From a virus (taxonomy: Duplodnaviria > Caudoviricetes): a stretch of 34,192 bases of DNA. The translations under genes and the position numbers were made by a program. Positions within the stretch are counted from its first letter, which is position 1; each line of letters begins with the position of its first letter. Below, one piece after another: positions 1 to 8,446 of the stretch. The notes below the pieces were generated by a model. The model did not search any database. It had not been told where the DNA came from and was given only the letters and a program-made list of their open reading frames with translations. The stretch is from positions 1 to 34,192 of IMG/VR virus record IMGVR_UViG_3300020205_000781, one strand, 5' to 3'.

Positions 1-520
1 GGTTATGAAACACACCGGTGATGTTAAACAAGCAGGCAAGGCTATGATGGATGAGTTGAATACTCTACACAGAATGAGTCAAGGTCAGCAAGGTGTGGCA
101 GAAGGCTTCAACGGCGAGTATGATGATGAAGCAGGAATGGCTGACAACAATCTTGAAACACTAAGACGCACAGTTGATGGTATCGATCAAGTTATTGACT
201 CTGGAGACAACTTACCAGAATGGTGCCAAGAAAAAATTGCTGTGGCCAAATCAATGTTAGTTGCTGTATGGGATTACATGCAGTCTGAAGAAGAACGAGG
301 CGCAGAAGTAACTGAACATAAAAAAGGTGTACGTGCTATGAAGCACACAACCAAGCCTAGAAACTTTGTTGCTAAGAATGCTGCCGCTACAACTAGCGGT
401 GCTGGAGCACACAAGGACAAAAAGAAAGCTGTCAAGCAAGGCGAGACAAAACATAAAAATAAAGAAATGACTTACGAGTCAAAATTATTTTCTGCTTTAG
501 ATCAACGTCTTAAAAAATAA
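1..520 (+). CDS. Hypothetical protein, probably 5'-truncated; putative internal head protein
   Basis: The frame is open to the window edge (codon GTT at 2-4). Low-complexity charged protein with an acidic helical segment (EAGMADNNLETL...LPEWCQEKI), a basic tail and V-x-E motifs (GVAE, EVTE) resembling T4-type prohead protease sites. Confidence 0.55.
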   Translation, partial: VMKHTGDVKQAGKAMMDELNTLHRMSQGQQGVAEGFNGEYDDEAGMADNNLETLRRTVDGIDQVIDSGDNLPEWCQEKIAVAKSMLVAVWDYMQSEEERGAEVTEHKKGVRAMKHTTKPRNFVAKNAAATTSGAGAHKDKKKAVKQGETKHKNKEMTYESKLFSALDQRLKK

Positions 521-933
521 TGCGAATTAACGATTTGCTAGTTGAACAGGTCCAGAACGAAGCAGACTTTATGACAGTCATGCGAGCGTTATTGCCCCTA
601 GCAATGAAAGAATTAGGCATAGAAGGCTTACCAAAAATTAAGTTACAGCCAAGATTAGAAGTTGACGAACAACCTAGCTTTGGTCGATTCGTTGATGAAG
701 AAAATACAATATACCTAGCACTAGAAGATCGCCATCCTTTAGATATAGCAAGAACCTTTGCCCACGAATTAGTTCATTTTAAACAAGGCATTGAACATAG
801 ACTAAATCCAGATAGCGGCGAAACTGGTAGTCCAGAAGAAAACGAAGCACACGAAGTCGCAGGCGTTATCATGCGTCACCTTAATAAAGCACATCCAGAA
901 TTCTTTGACGCAGACTCGATTAACTTAACCTAG
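520..933 (+). CDS. Zincin-like metallopeptidase-domain protein
   Basis: HExxH motif (TFAHELVHFKQ) with a downstream Glu ligand candidate (EENEA). The start overlaps the upstream stop (TAATG). Confidence 0.7.
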   Translation: MRINDLLVEQVQNEADFMTVMRALLPLAMKELGIEGLPKIKLQPRLEVDEQPSFGRFVDEENTIYLALEDRHPLDIARTFAHELVHFKQGIEHRLNPDSGETGSPEENEAHEVAGVIMRHLNKAHPEFFDADSINLT

Positions 934-966
934 TTTGGAATTTCTTTTCCAGACAACAAAAATCCT

Positions 967-995
967 TTGACTTTCTAAATACTAGTGTGTATAAT
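967..995 (+). promoter_or_regulatory. Sigma70-type promoter
   Basis: TTGACT (967-972), 17-nt spacer, TATAAT (990-995), then AGGAG SD before ATG 1016. CTAAATA is embedded at 975-981. Confidence 0.85.
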
Positions 996-1015
996 ATACA
1001 GACATAGGAGATATT

Positions 1016-1285
1016 ATGAGTAAAGCATTTGGAGCCCCAGAGCAAGCAAAGATCAAACAAATCGTTGCTGAAGGTATGACTGTTATGCAGGAAATTCAAG
1101 ACCTAACAGAAGGTTTGAATGAAACAATCAAAGCAGTAGCCGAAGAACTAGAAGTTAAACCTAGTGTAATTAAAAAAGCGATTAAGATCGCACAAAAAGA
1201 TACATGGGATCAAGTATTCCGTGAATTTGATGATCTCGAAACTATCGTCGATATCAGTGGACATAGCTTCCGTAAAGAAGAGTAA
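1016..1285 (+). CDS. Small dsDNA-binding protein (T4 DsbA/GapR-like)
   Basis: 89-aa helical protein with the pattern IKAVAEELEVKPSVIKKAIKIA typical of this family; strong SD. Confidence 0.55.
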   Translation: MSKAFGAPEQAKIKQIVAEGMTVMQEIQDLTEGLNETIKAVAEELEVKPSVIKKAIKIAQKDTWDQVFREFDDLETIVDISGHSFRKEE

Positions 1286-1584
1286 TGGATCAATTCATTA
1301 ACGCAGTTAAAAATATATTCCTATGGGCCAAGCGTGATTACACAGATTGGCCTTCACGATTTATTCTAGAAATTACAGCATGGGTGATGAGTCTTGGCTG
1401 TGCTCTAGTACTGGCGGCTGGCGCAACTGATCCGTTGTTTTTTTGGCTCTATCCAATCTTCATAGCGCAATGTATGATTTTTGGTTGGGCGGCTTGGACA
1501 CGTAAAAGTACAGGTATGGTAGCAAATTACGCCTTGTTGGTCACAATTGATTGTATAGGCTATGTTAGACTAATAAATATGTAA
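1285..1584 (+). CDS. Small membrane protein, about 3 TM helices
   Basis: Three hydrophobic segments; TAATG coupling to the upstream gene. Confidence 0.65.
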   Translation: MDQFINAVKNIFLWAKRDYTDWPSRFILEITAWVMSLGCALVLAAGATDPLFFWLYPIFIAQCMIFGWAAWTRKSTGMVANYALLVTIDCIGYVRLINM

Positions 1585-1589
1585 GAACA

Positions 1590-1648
1590 CGGCACAGCGA
1601 GCCACAAGTCGCTAAAAAGATGGTCAGTGAGCCATAAATCACGAGGAG
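1590..1648 (+). promoter_or_regulatory. Tandem hairpin/H-type pseudoknot element directly upstream of the DNA polymerase SD (putative translational operator)
   Basis: AGCGA-GCCACAAG-TCGCT (1596-1613) and GTGA-GCCATAAA-TCAC (1627-1642), followed at once by GAGGAG (1643-1648). Confidence 0.6.
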
Positions 1649-1653
1649 AAAAT

Positions 1654-4323
1654 ATGAGTTATGTCGATGCCATTTGGAATCGCGATAAAGACATCATCAG
1701 AGTTGTCGAGCGAGATCCAAAGAAGGGTAGAATCTATACAGATTATCCTGCCCGTTATGTTTTTTATTACCCTGATGCCAAAGGAAAATACTATTCTATT
1801 TTTGGCGATCCCTTAAACAAGGTGTCAGTAAAGAACTACAAAGAATTCCAAAAAGAACAAAGAATACACAGCGGACAAAAGCTGTATGAAAATGATATCA
1901 ACCCCATATTCCGTTGCCTAGCAGAAAACTATCTAGGCAAGGATGCGCCAAAGCTAAATGTAGCGTTCTGGGATATTGAGGTAGACTTTGATCCAGAACG
2001 TGGCTACGCTAGTCCAGACGATGCGTTCATGCCAATTACTGCGATTGCTGTTCACCTACAATGGTTAGATACGCTAGTATGTCTTGCTGTACCTCCAAAG
2101 ACTCTTACAATGGAGCAGGCGCAAGAACAAGTTAAAGAATTTCCTAACACTATTCTGTTTGAAAACGAATACGAAATGTTAGACACATTTTTAAATTTGA
2201 TCCAAGATGCGGACATATTGAGCGGATGGAATAGTGAGGGATTTGATATGCCCTATACTGTTAATAGAATCATCAAAGTATTAAGCAAAGAAGATACACG
2301 CAGACTATGTTTGTTTGACCAATTTCCTAAGAAAAGAGAATACGAAAAATATGGGAAAGATGCTGTTACATATGACTTGGTTGGTCGTGTTCATCTGGAC
2401 AGTCTCGAGTTGTACAGAAAATATACATACGAAGAAAGACACACCTACAGGTTGGATGCCATTGGAGAGATGGAGGTAGGTGAGAGCAAAACAGTTTACG
2501 AAGGTACTCTGGATCAACTTTACAATAACGACTTTCGTAAGTTTATTGAATATAACAGACAAGACTGTGCACTTCTTAACAAGCTAGATCAGAAACTAAA
2601 ATTTATTGATCTTGCTAATAGTATTGCTCATGAAAATACTGTTCTACTACAAACAACAATGGGTGCGGTAGCTGTAACAGAACAAGCGATTGTAAATGAA
2701 GCTCACCATAGAGGAATGGTTGTTCCCGGAAGGCCAAAGCGCGATGAAGACTTAGAAACTCAAGCGGCGGGTGCGTATGTAGCATATCCGAAGAAAGGTC
2801 TTCATGACTGGATTGGATCAATGGATATTAACTCACTATATCCGTCAGCGATTCGAGCATTGAACATGGGTCCAGAAACTATTATTGGTCAGTTGCGTCA
2901 AGATTATACACAAGCAGAAATTTCTACTAAGATAGCAAAAGGTTCTAGCTTTGCCGCGGCATGGGAAGGTAAGTTTGGCAGTAACGAATACGAGTTTGTT
3001 ATGGCTAAGGATCGATCAAACGATATCACTATCGATTGGGAAGATGGAAGAGTAGATGTGTTAAGTGGAGCACAGATATACGAACTTATATTCGAAAGTC
3101 GACAACCCTGGATGATCAGTGCCAACGGTACTATCTTCACTTATGAGAAAGAAGGTATTATTCCTGGATTGCTAGCAAGATGGTACTCTGAGCGTAAAGA
3201 CATGCAGAAGAAATTAAAAGAGGCCATAGATGCTGGAAATAAAATTGAAGAAGAATATTGGGATAAACGTCAGCTGGTTAAAAAGATTAATCTTAACAGC
3301 CTGTACGGTGCTATCCTTAACGCTGGCTGTCGTTTTTTCGACAATCGCATTGGTCAGTCAACCACCCTTACCGGGCGTAGAATCGCTCGGCATATGGCCT
3401 CAAAAGTAAATGAAGTTATCACAGGAGAATACAACTATCTTGGAAAGAGTGTAATCTACGGAGACACTGACTCAGTTTACTTTAGTGCTTACACAACTTT
3501 AAAAAACGATATTAACAAAGGCCTAGTTCCTTGGGATAAAGATACGGTTGTTAGCCTGTATGACACTATCGGTGAAGAAGTCAACAACACATTCCCACAG
3601 TTTATGCTAGACGATTTTCATTGTCCTAAGAGTCGCGGGAACGTGATTAAGGCAGGACGAGAACTGGTTGCTATCAAAGGTTTGTTTATTACCAAAAAAC
3701 GGTATGCTGTATTGTACTATGACAAAGACGGTAAGAGGCAAGATGTAGGCGATAAGCCAGGTAAGATCAAAGCTATGGGCCTGGACTTGAAGCGTAGTGA
3801 TACTCCAGAATTTATGCAGAAGTTTTTAGAAGAGGTATTGACCAAAGTGCTTAACAACGCACAAGAAGAAGACATTCTAGAAATGATAAGTAAATTCCGA
3901 ACAGAGTTTAAAGCAAGGCCAGGTTGGGAGAAAGGTAGTCCCAAACGTGCTAACAACATTGCGGAGTATCAAGCCAAAGAAGTAAAAGCAGGCAAAACAA
4001 ACATGCCCGGACACGTTCGAGCCAGCATTAACTGGAATACCCTCAAACGTATGAACGGTGACAAGTACAGTCAACAAATTGTAGACGGTATGAAAGTTAT
4101 TGTTTGCAAGATGAAAGAAAATCCACTTGGATATACCAGTGTTGCGTATCCAGTAGATGAACTACGTTTACCTAAGTGGTTCCAAGAACTTCCATTCGAT
4201 CACAGCGAAATGGAAACAACTATTATCAATAATAAACTTGATAATCTTATTGGCGTACTAGAATGGGACTTAGAATCAACGACCCAAGATAATACGTTTG
4301 GCAGTTTATTCAGCTTTGAATAA
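1654..4323 (+). CDS. Family B DNA polymerase (T4 gp43-like)
   Basis: Exonuclease motifs WDIEV, GWNSEGFD and YNRQD; polymerase motifs DINSLYPS, KINLNSLYG, YGDTDS and KKRY; C-terminal clamp-binding-like peptide TFGSLFSFE. ATG 1654 follows GAGGAG and is preferred over GTG 1627. Confidence 0.97.
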   Translation: MSYVDAIWNRDKDIIRVVERDPKKGRIYTDYPARYVFYYPDAKGKYYSIFGDPLNKVSVKNYKEFQKEQRIHSGQKLYENDINPIFRCLAENYLGKDAPKLNVAFWDIEVDFDPERGYASPDDAFMPITAIAVHLQWLDTLVCLAVPPKTLTMEQAQEQVKEFPNTILFENEYEMLDTFLNLIQDADILSGWNSEGFDMPYTVNRIIKVLSKEDTRRLCLFDQFPKKREYEKYGKDAVTYDLVGRVHLDSLELYRKYTYEERHTYRLDAIGEMEVGESKTVYEGTLDQLYNNDFRKFIEYNRQDCALLNKLDQKLKFIDLANSIAHENTVLLQTTMGAVAVTEQAIVNEAHHRGMVVPGRPKRDEDLETQAAGAYVAYPKKGLHDWIGSMDINSLYPSAIRALNMGPETIIGQLRQDYTQAEISTKIAKGSSFAAAWEGKFGSNEYEFVMAKDRSNDITIDWEDGRVDVLSGAQIYELIFESRQPWMISANGTIFTYEKEGIIPGLLARWYSERKDMQKKLKEAIDAGNKIEEEYWDKRQLVKKINLNSLYGAILNAGCRFFDNRIGQSTTLTGRRIARHMASKVNEVITGEYNYLGKSVIYGDTDSVYFSAYTTLKNDINKGLVPWDKDTVVSLYDTIGEEVNNTFPQFMLDDFHCPKSRGNVIKAGRELVAIKGLFITKKRYAVLYYDKDGKRQDVGDKPGKIKAMGLDLKRSDTPEFMQKFLEEVLTKVLNNAQEEDILEMISKFRTEFKARPGWEKGSPKRANNIAEYQAKEVKAGKTNMPGHVRASINWNTLKRMNGDKYSQQIVDGMKVIVCKMKENPLGYTSVAYPVDELRLPKWFQELPFDHSEMETTIINNKLDNLIGVLEWDLESTTQDNTFGSLFSFE

Positions 4324-4330
4324 AATTTAT

Positions 4331-4359
4331 TTGACAAAAAACATTTTTCTAAATATACT
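4331..4359 (+). promoter_or_regulatory. Sigma70-type promoter
   Basis: TTGACA (4331-4336), 17-nt spacer, TATACT (4354-4359); overlapping CTAAATA at 4349-4355. Confidence 0.85.
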
Positions 4360-4377
4360 ATACAAAAGGACATTAAC

Positions 4378-5112
4378 ATGAAAGACATTCTTCAAGACAT
4401 AGTAGGTCACACACATAACCTTGGTTTCCTAAATATCGTGAAAATTACTGGAGACGAAAAGGCAACTTTAATCGACAGTATGGCAGATGACCGTAGCGTT
4501 ATCATGTACGCCGAAACTGCTAATCCATATCCAGATATGATTGGCGTATTCGGTATGCCACAAATGAACAAACTCAAGTATCACTTGGATTGTCCAGAGT
4601 ACAGAGAAGATGCCAAGATTGAAGTAGTAGTAGCAGATCGTAACGGTGATACTATTCCAGTTGGTCTTCACTTTGAAAACAAGGCCGGCGATTTTAAAAA
4701 CGACTATCGTTTTATGAATACAGATATCATTAACGAAAAGTTAAAGACTGTTAAATTCCGCGGTGTAAAGTGGGATGTTGAAATTAGTCCTACTGTACAG
4801 GCTATCCAGCGTTTCCAATTCCAAGCGGCTGCTAATAACGAGCACACAACTTTCTTGGCAAAGACAGACGGTGGTAAGTTAAAGTTTACATTTGGTGATG
4901 TTAGTACACATGGTGGTGAATTTATTTTTGCTACAGATGTTACAGGTACCTTAAACAAAGGTTGGACATGGCCAGTTATTAGTGTCCTAAGTATTTTAAA
5001 AATCGCCGATGCTAACAATGCTACAATTAGTTTTAGCAATGAAGGCGCAATGCAGATCACTTTAGATAGCGGTTTGGCAACTTACAAGTACATCATTCCA
5101 GCGCAGGCATGA
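4378..5112 (+). CDS. Putative sliding clamp (gp45/PCNA-like processivity factor)
   Basis: 244 aa, directly after the polymerase. Alternating beta/alpha pattern ending in the clamp-like ...LDSGLATYKYIIPA. The polymerase carries a matching hydrophobic C-terminal peptide. Confidence 0.7.
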   Translation: MKDILQDIVGHTHNLGFLNIVKITGDEKATLIDSMADDRSVIMYAETANPYPDMIGVFGMPQMNKLKYHLDCPEYREDAKIEVVVADRNGDTIPVGLHFENKAGDFKNDYRFMNTDIINEKLKTVKFRGVKWDVEISPTVQAIQRFQFQAAANNEHTTFLAKTDGGKLKFTFGDVSTHGGEFIFATDVTGTLNKGWTWPVISVLSILKIADANNATISFSNEGAMQITLDSGLATYKYIIPAQA

Positions 5113-5477
5113 TAAACGGAATAGTCCAACACGGAAAATATATGTATGTACATGGGGGGCATGCCAGTGGTCCTCATGTTAATATGAGTAAGCCGTCTGC
5201 TGGTCTGGTTCGGTTTGACGGTACTAACTTACAGGTATATGACGGCAGTACTTGGATGACCATTCCCGGTTCATCTGCATCTGTTGGAATGAACTCGGTG
5301 GCAGAATCAGCAATTGATTGGGCTATGAAGAAGATGTCGGAAGAACAGGAATTTTTGGAGTTGGCAAAAACTTCTAAATCTGTTACAATAGCATTAGAAA
5401 ACCTAAATAAAGCCAAAGCAGAACTAAAACTAATAGCCACATTGGCGAGAGAACACGATGAAGAAACCACCAGTTAA
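5109..5477 (+). CDS. Hypothetical protein
   Basis: ATGA overlap with the clamp gene; beta-rich N-terminus (LQVYDGSTW) and coiled-coil C-terminus. Confidence 0.7.
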   Translation: MINGIVQHGKYMYVHGGHASGPHVNMSKPSAGLVRFDGTNLQVYDGSTWMTIPGSSASVGMNSVAESAIDWAMKKMSEEQEFLELAKTSKSVTIALENLNKAKAELKLIATLAREHDEETTS

Positions 5478-7110
5478 TTTAACACCACTACAGAAAGACT
5501 ATGCTGTCTATTTGCCAGCTATCAGTAGTTTTTATAGTACCTATGTTGCTAAACAACGATTAGAAAAATTTGTATCAGATGATCGTATCCCTGATGGATT
5601 TGATCGTGGCATTGAAGGAATGAATTTCCTTAATCCGGAACAAGGATACTTTACATACAAATATGCTTTGTACTCCGCAGGTCACGCACAACTTGATCTT
5701 GAAAAAAGCCTAGAACAAGAATCAATGATTCAGCAACGAGATCGTGGTAACACGATGATATTAGGTGACTCTGGTGGATACCAGATTGGTAAGGGTGTTC
5801 TTAAGTTTGATTGGTTAAACTTTGAAGGTAAAGAAGCTAACAAGACTCGACAAAAGATTTTAGAGTGGTTAGAACTAACTGCTGATTGGTCTATGATGTT
5901 AGACGTGCCGACTTGGGCCTGTGACCATATACATAGTCCAAAGACTGGGTTAAAAACATTTGAAGATTGTCTAGATAAGACAAAATTCAACAACAAATAT
6001 TTCTTAGATAATCGATTAGGACAAACTAAATGGCTTAATGTATTACAAGGTGGAGATTGGGATACTGCCGAGAAGTGGTATAATGGAGTAAAAGAATTTA
6101 GCGATCCAAGTGGACCTTATGCTGGTAAAGAAGCAGAAGGTTGGGCATTCGGTGGTGCTAACATGTGTAAGATGGATATCACACTCAAGCGTCTAATGAC
6201 CTTGCGTGAAGATGGTTTGCTAAAAGGTAAGAACTGGATCCACTTTTTGGGTACAGCACAGTTAGATTGGTCATGCTATCTAACACAAATTCAACGACAA
6301 CTTAGGAAACATATTAATGAAGAAATTACCATCTCTTTTGATTGCGCCTCACCGTTTATCGCAACAGCACACGGACTTGTCTATACAAACGCACAACACA
6401 CAAATAAAAGGTGGAGTGTTATTATGGACAAAGCACCAGATAACAAAGCACTTTCAGAGTCAGACATCCAATTCCCATTCGAATCAGAAATTGGCAGCAG
6501 ATTAGTAATGACAGATATCGCCTACTATGACCTAGGCGAACGCAAGACAAATATAGAATTAGGTGTAGATTCAAAAGGCAATCAAGTTAAATTTGATCAC
6601 CTAAATCCAGAGCACTATAATATAGTACCTCGTAAAAACAAACTTGATAAAATTCCAAATAAAACAAGTTGGGATAGTTTTTCTTACGCTCTAATGATGG
6701 GACATAATGTTGAATGTCATATTAAAGCTGTTCAACGTGCTCAACAATTAATGGATATTGAGTGTACTAGATTTAAACCCGATTGGAGAGATTTCTTTTT
6801 AGAAGGCAAGAAAGAAAAAGAATTTAGTGACTGGGTTCCCCGCAGGATTCTTTATTTCTCTACATTCATTGAAGAACTATTCAATACCAAAACTAAAGAC
6901 GAAGCATTTGCGTTAATTGATAGTGCGTTAGTATTCTTGCGTACTTTAGAAGGTGCTCGATTACAAGGCGGACCTGTTGCCTATGGTAACAAAGGTCTGT
7001 TCATAGAAGAAGAGACAGCAGTTAAGAAAACTAAAGATGGTGAAATAATTTTTGATCAACAAGACGATAACGAACTACGTGTACTAGAGGAAAAAATTCA
7101 TGAATCGTGA
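5458..7110 (+). CDS. dpdA: TGT-fold transglycosylase, DpdA-like (7-deazaguanine insertion)
   Basis: TGT motifs in order: GDSGGYQ, MMLDVP, VLQGG, GWAFGG, IHFLG, SFDCASP and HN. No CxCxxC zinc motif, unlike tRNA TGT. Clustered with folE and queE next to replication genes. Confidence 0.8.
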   Translation: MKKPPVNLTPLQKDYAVYLPAISSFYSTYVAKQRLEKFVSDDRIPDGFDRGIEGMNFLNPEQGYFTYKYALYSAGHAQLDLEKSLEQESMIQQRDRGNTMILGDSGGYQIGKGVLKFDWLNFEGKEANKTRQKILEWLELTADWSMMLDVPTWACDHIHSPKTGLKTFEDCLDKTKFNNKYFLDNRLGQTKWLNVLQGGDWDTAEKWYNGVKEFSDPSGPYAGKEAEGWAFGGANMCKMDITLKRLMTLREDGLLKGKNWIHFLGTAQLDWSCYLTQIQRQLRKHINEEITISFDCASPFIATAHGLVYTNAQHTNKRWSVIMDKAPDNKALSESDIQFPFESEIGSRLVMTDIAYYDLGERKTNIELGVDSKGNQVKFDHLNPEHYNIVPRKNKLDKIPNKTSWDSFSYALMMGHNVECHIKAVQRAQQLMDIECTRFKPDWRDFFLEGKKEKEFSDWVPRRILYFSTFIEELFNTKTKDEAFALIDSALVFLRTLEGARLQGGPVAYGNKGLFIEEETAVKKTKDGEIIFDQQDDNELRVLEEKIHES

Positions 7111-7618
7111 TTATGCATCTGGTACAAGTGAAGAAACTTTATTCTTCACTGGAAAAGAAATTGAGCATAGTGCCGCTTACGGAATGGATACATTGTTTGT
7201 AACTGGTATCCAAAACCCTGCTGAAATTATTGTGTTGGCTAAACAAGAAAAAGTTAAACATATATATTTTGGAGCGAATCAAAGTTTTAATCCTCGAAGT
7301 ACTGATGAATTGAAACAATGGGAACTGATGATTGTCTCTTTACTCAAACAAGATTTTTGGGCGACACTAGATTTTGATATTAAATTTGCCGAAGATATTT
7401 TAGAATGTTCATTTAACGACTATCGAAAATTTATTCCTATGATTTCGGCAAAACTTCCCCACTTGACAAAGTTTAATTACAATGCTATACTAAAGATTGA
7501 TGATAAGGACTTCGAGGCAACTAACCCCGGAGTTTGGACTCATAGGTTACATGATTTATTGGATCATAGTAAGTTCACAGATTGGGATCAATACAAAGAG
7601 GATGAGATTATCAAATGA
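7100..7618 (+). CDS. Hypothetical alpha/beta protein in the modification cluster
   Basis: 172-aa ORF overlapping the dpdA end, with a GAGGA SD. Confidence 0.75.
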   Translation: MNRDYASGTSEETLFFTGKEIEHSAAYGMDTLFVTGIQNPAEIIVLAKQEKVKHIYFGANQSFNPRSTDELKQWELMIVSLLKQDFWATLDFDIKFAEDILECSFNDYRKFIPMISAKLPHLTKFNYNAILKIDDKDFEATNPGVWTHRLHDLLDHSKFTDWDQYKEDEIIK

Positions 7619-7818
7619 AAGAATTTTTAGTTAAAGATCAGCCCGGATTTAGAGTTCGCGTAACAATTAAAGATGTGCTAATGCCATCAGATTTAAAGAA
7701 CATCGAATTCCATCAAGAGTGTAAAAACGCAGACGGAACTGTTACCGATACTAGCGTATATCAGTTCTTTATGACAGAAGAAGAAATTAAAACGCTAGCC
7801 CAAGGACTTACAGCATGA
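7615..7818 (+). CDS. Hypothetical protein
   Basis: 67 aa with ATGA overlaps on both sides. Confidence 0.65.
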   Translation: MKEFLVKDQPGFRVRVTIKDVLMPSDLKNIEFHQECKNADGTVTDTSVYQFFMTEEEIKTLAQGLTA

Positions 7819-8213
7819 GTGATCTATCAATGATTTGGGTCACCTTCCGTAAAGAAGGTATTCATATGTACCCTGCCGCGGCAACTGATCCTAAGTTAGC
7901 CACAGGCGACGAATACGATGTCAGTTTCCTTGGAACTCCGCATCGTCATATTTTCCATTTTAAAGTCGCTATCCAGGTCTTCCAAGATGATCGTGACATT
8001 GAATTTATCCAGTTTAAGCGTTGGCTTGAGAAGTGCTACAATGATGGCATTCTTGAACTCAACCACAAATCCTGTGAGATGATTGCTCGTGATTTAAACG
8101 ACACCATCAAAGCAAGATATCCCGGTCGTAAGACTGAGATTGAAGTAAGTGAGGATGGCGAGAATGGCGCTACCCTTACGTTTTTTAACCATATTTCTAC
8201 AATGGAATCTTAA
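7815..8213 (+). CDS. T-fold QueD paralog, DpdL-like (putative CDG decarboxylase)
   Basis: N-terminal His (EGIH), LGTPHRHIF = LxxxHRHxF in place of the QueD CxxxHGH motif, plus SCEMIA and EVSED T-fold motifs. Confidence 0.7.
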   Translation: MSDLSMIWVTFRKEGIHMYPAAATDPKLATGDEYDVSFLGTPHRHIFHFKVAIQVFQDDRDIEFIQFKRWLEKCYNDGILELNHKSCEMIARDLNDTIKARYPGRKTEIEVSEDGENGATLTFFNHISTMES

Positions 8214-8214
8214 A

Positions 8215-8445
8215 ATGGCACAACCAGCCTATATTCAAAAAACCCTTTTTATGAAGCCCGAAGTTAAAAAGATCTTTGACGATCTTGATGCTTGGTTAGA
8301 CCATTGCCGGCTTAACCTTATTAATTACGATCCTAAGGATCTTTACAAATCTCAAGAATATAGATACTTCGCTCGTCCTGCGTGGAACGGTGAGCGCAAA
8401 CCTTACCTAGGTAACAAACCACGCTATAATAACAATAGGAACTAA
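8215..8445 (+). CDS. Hypothetical protein
   Basis: ATG 8215 follows the upstream stop (TAAAATG); 76 aa with a basic, Asn-rich tail. Confidence 0.65.
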   Translation: MAQPAYIQKTLFMKPEVKKIFDDLDAWLDHCRLNLINYDPKDLYKSQEYRYFARPAWNGERKPYLGNKPRYNNNRN

Positions 8446-8446
8446 T

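Noticed and set aside
933-954. Hairpin GTTTGGAA-TTTCTT-TTCCAGAC after the peptidase gene
   Set aside because: The stem is weak and no U-tract follows, so it cannot be called a terminator.
1627-1653. GTG start for the polymerase given in the ORF track
   Set aside because: The GTG lies in the hairpin stem, whereas ATG 1654 has a well-spaced GAGGAG SD.
1654-4323. Intein, intron or homing endonuclease in the polymerase
   Set aside because: The ORF is continuous and of normal length, with no splicing or endonuclease motifs.
5458-7110. Annotation as bacterial tRNA-guanine transglycosylase (tgt)
   Set aside because: No CxCxxC zinc motif, divergent length, and a replication-gene context favour a DpdA-like enzyme, although tRNA activity is not excluded.
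7815-8213. Annotation as canonical queD
   Set aside because: It lacks the catalytic CxxxHGH and has LxxxHRHxF instead.
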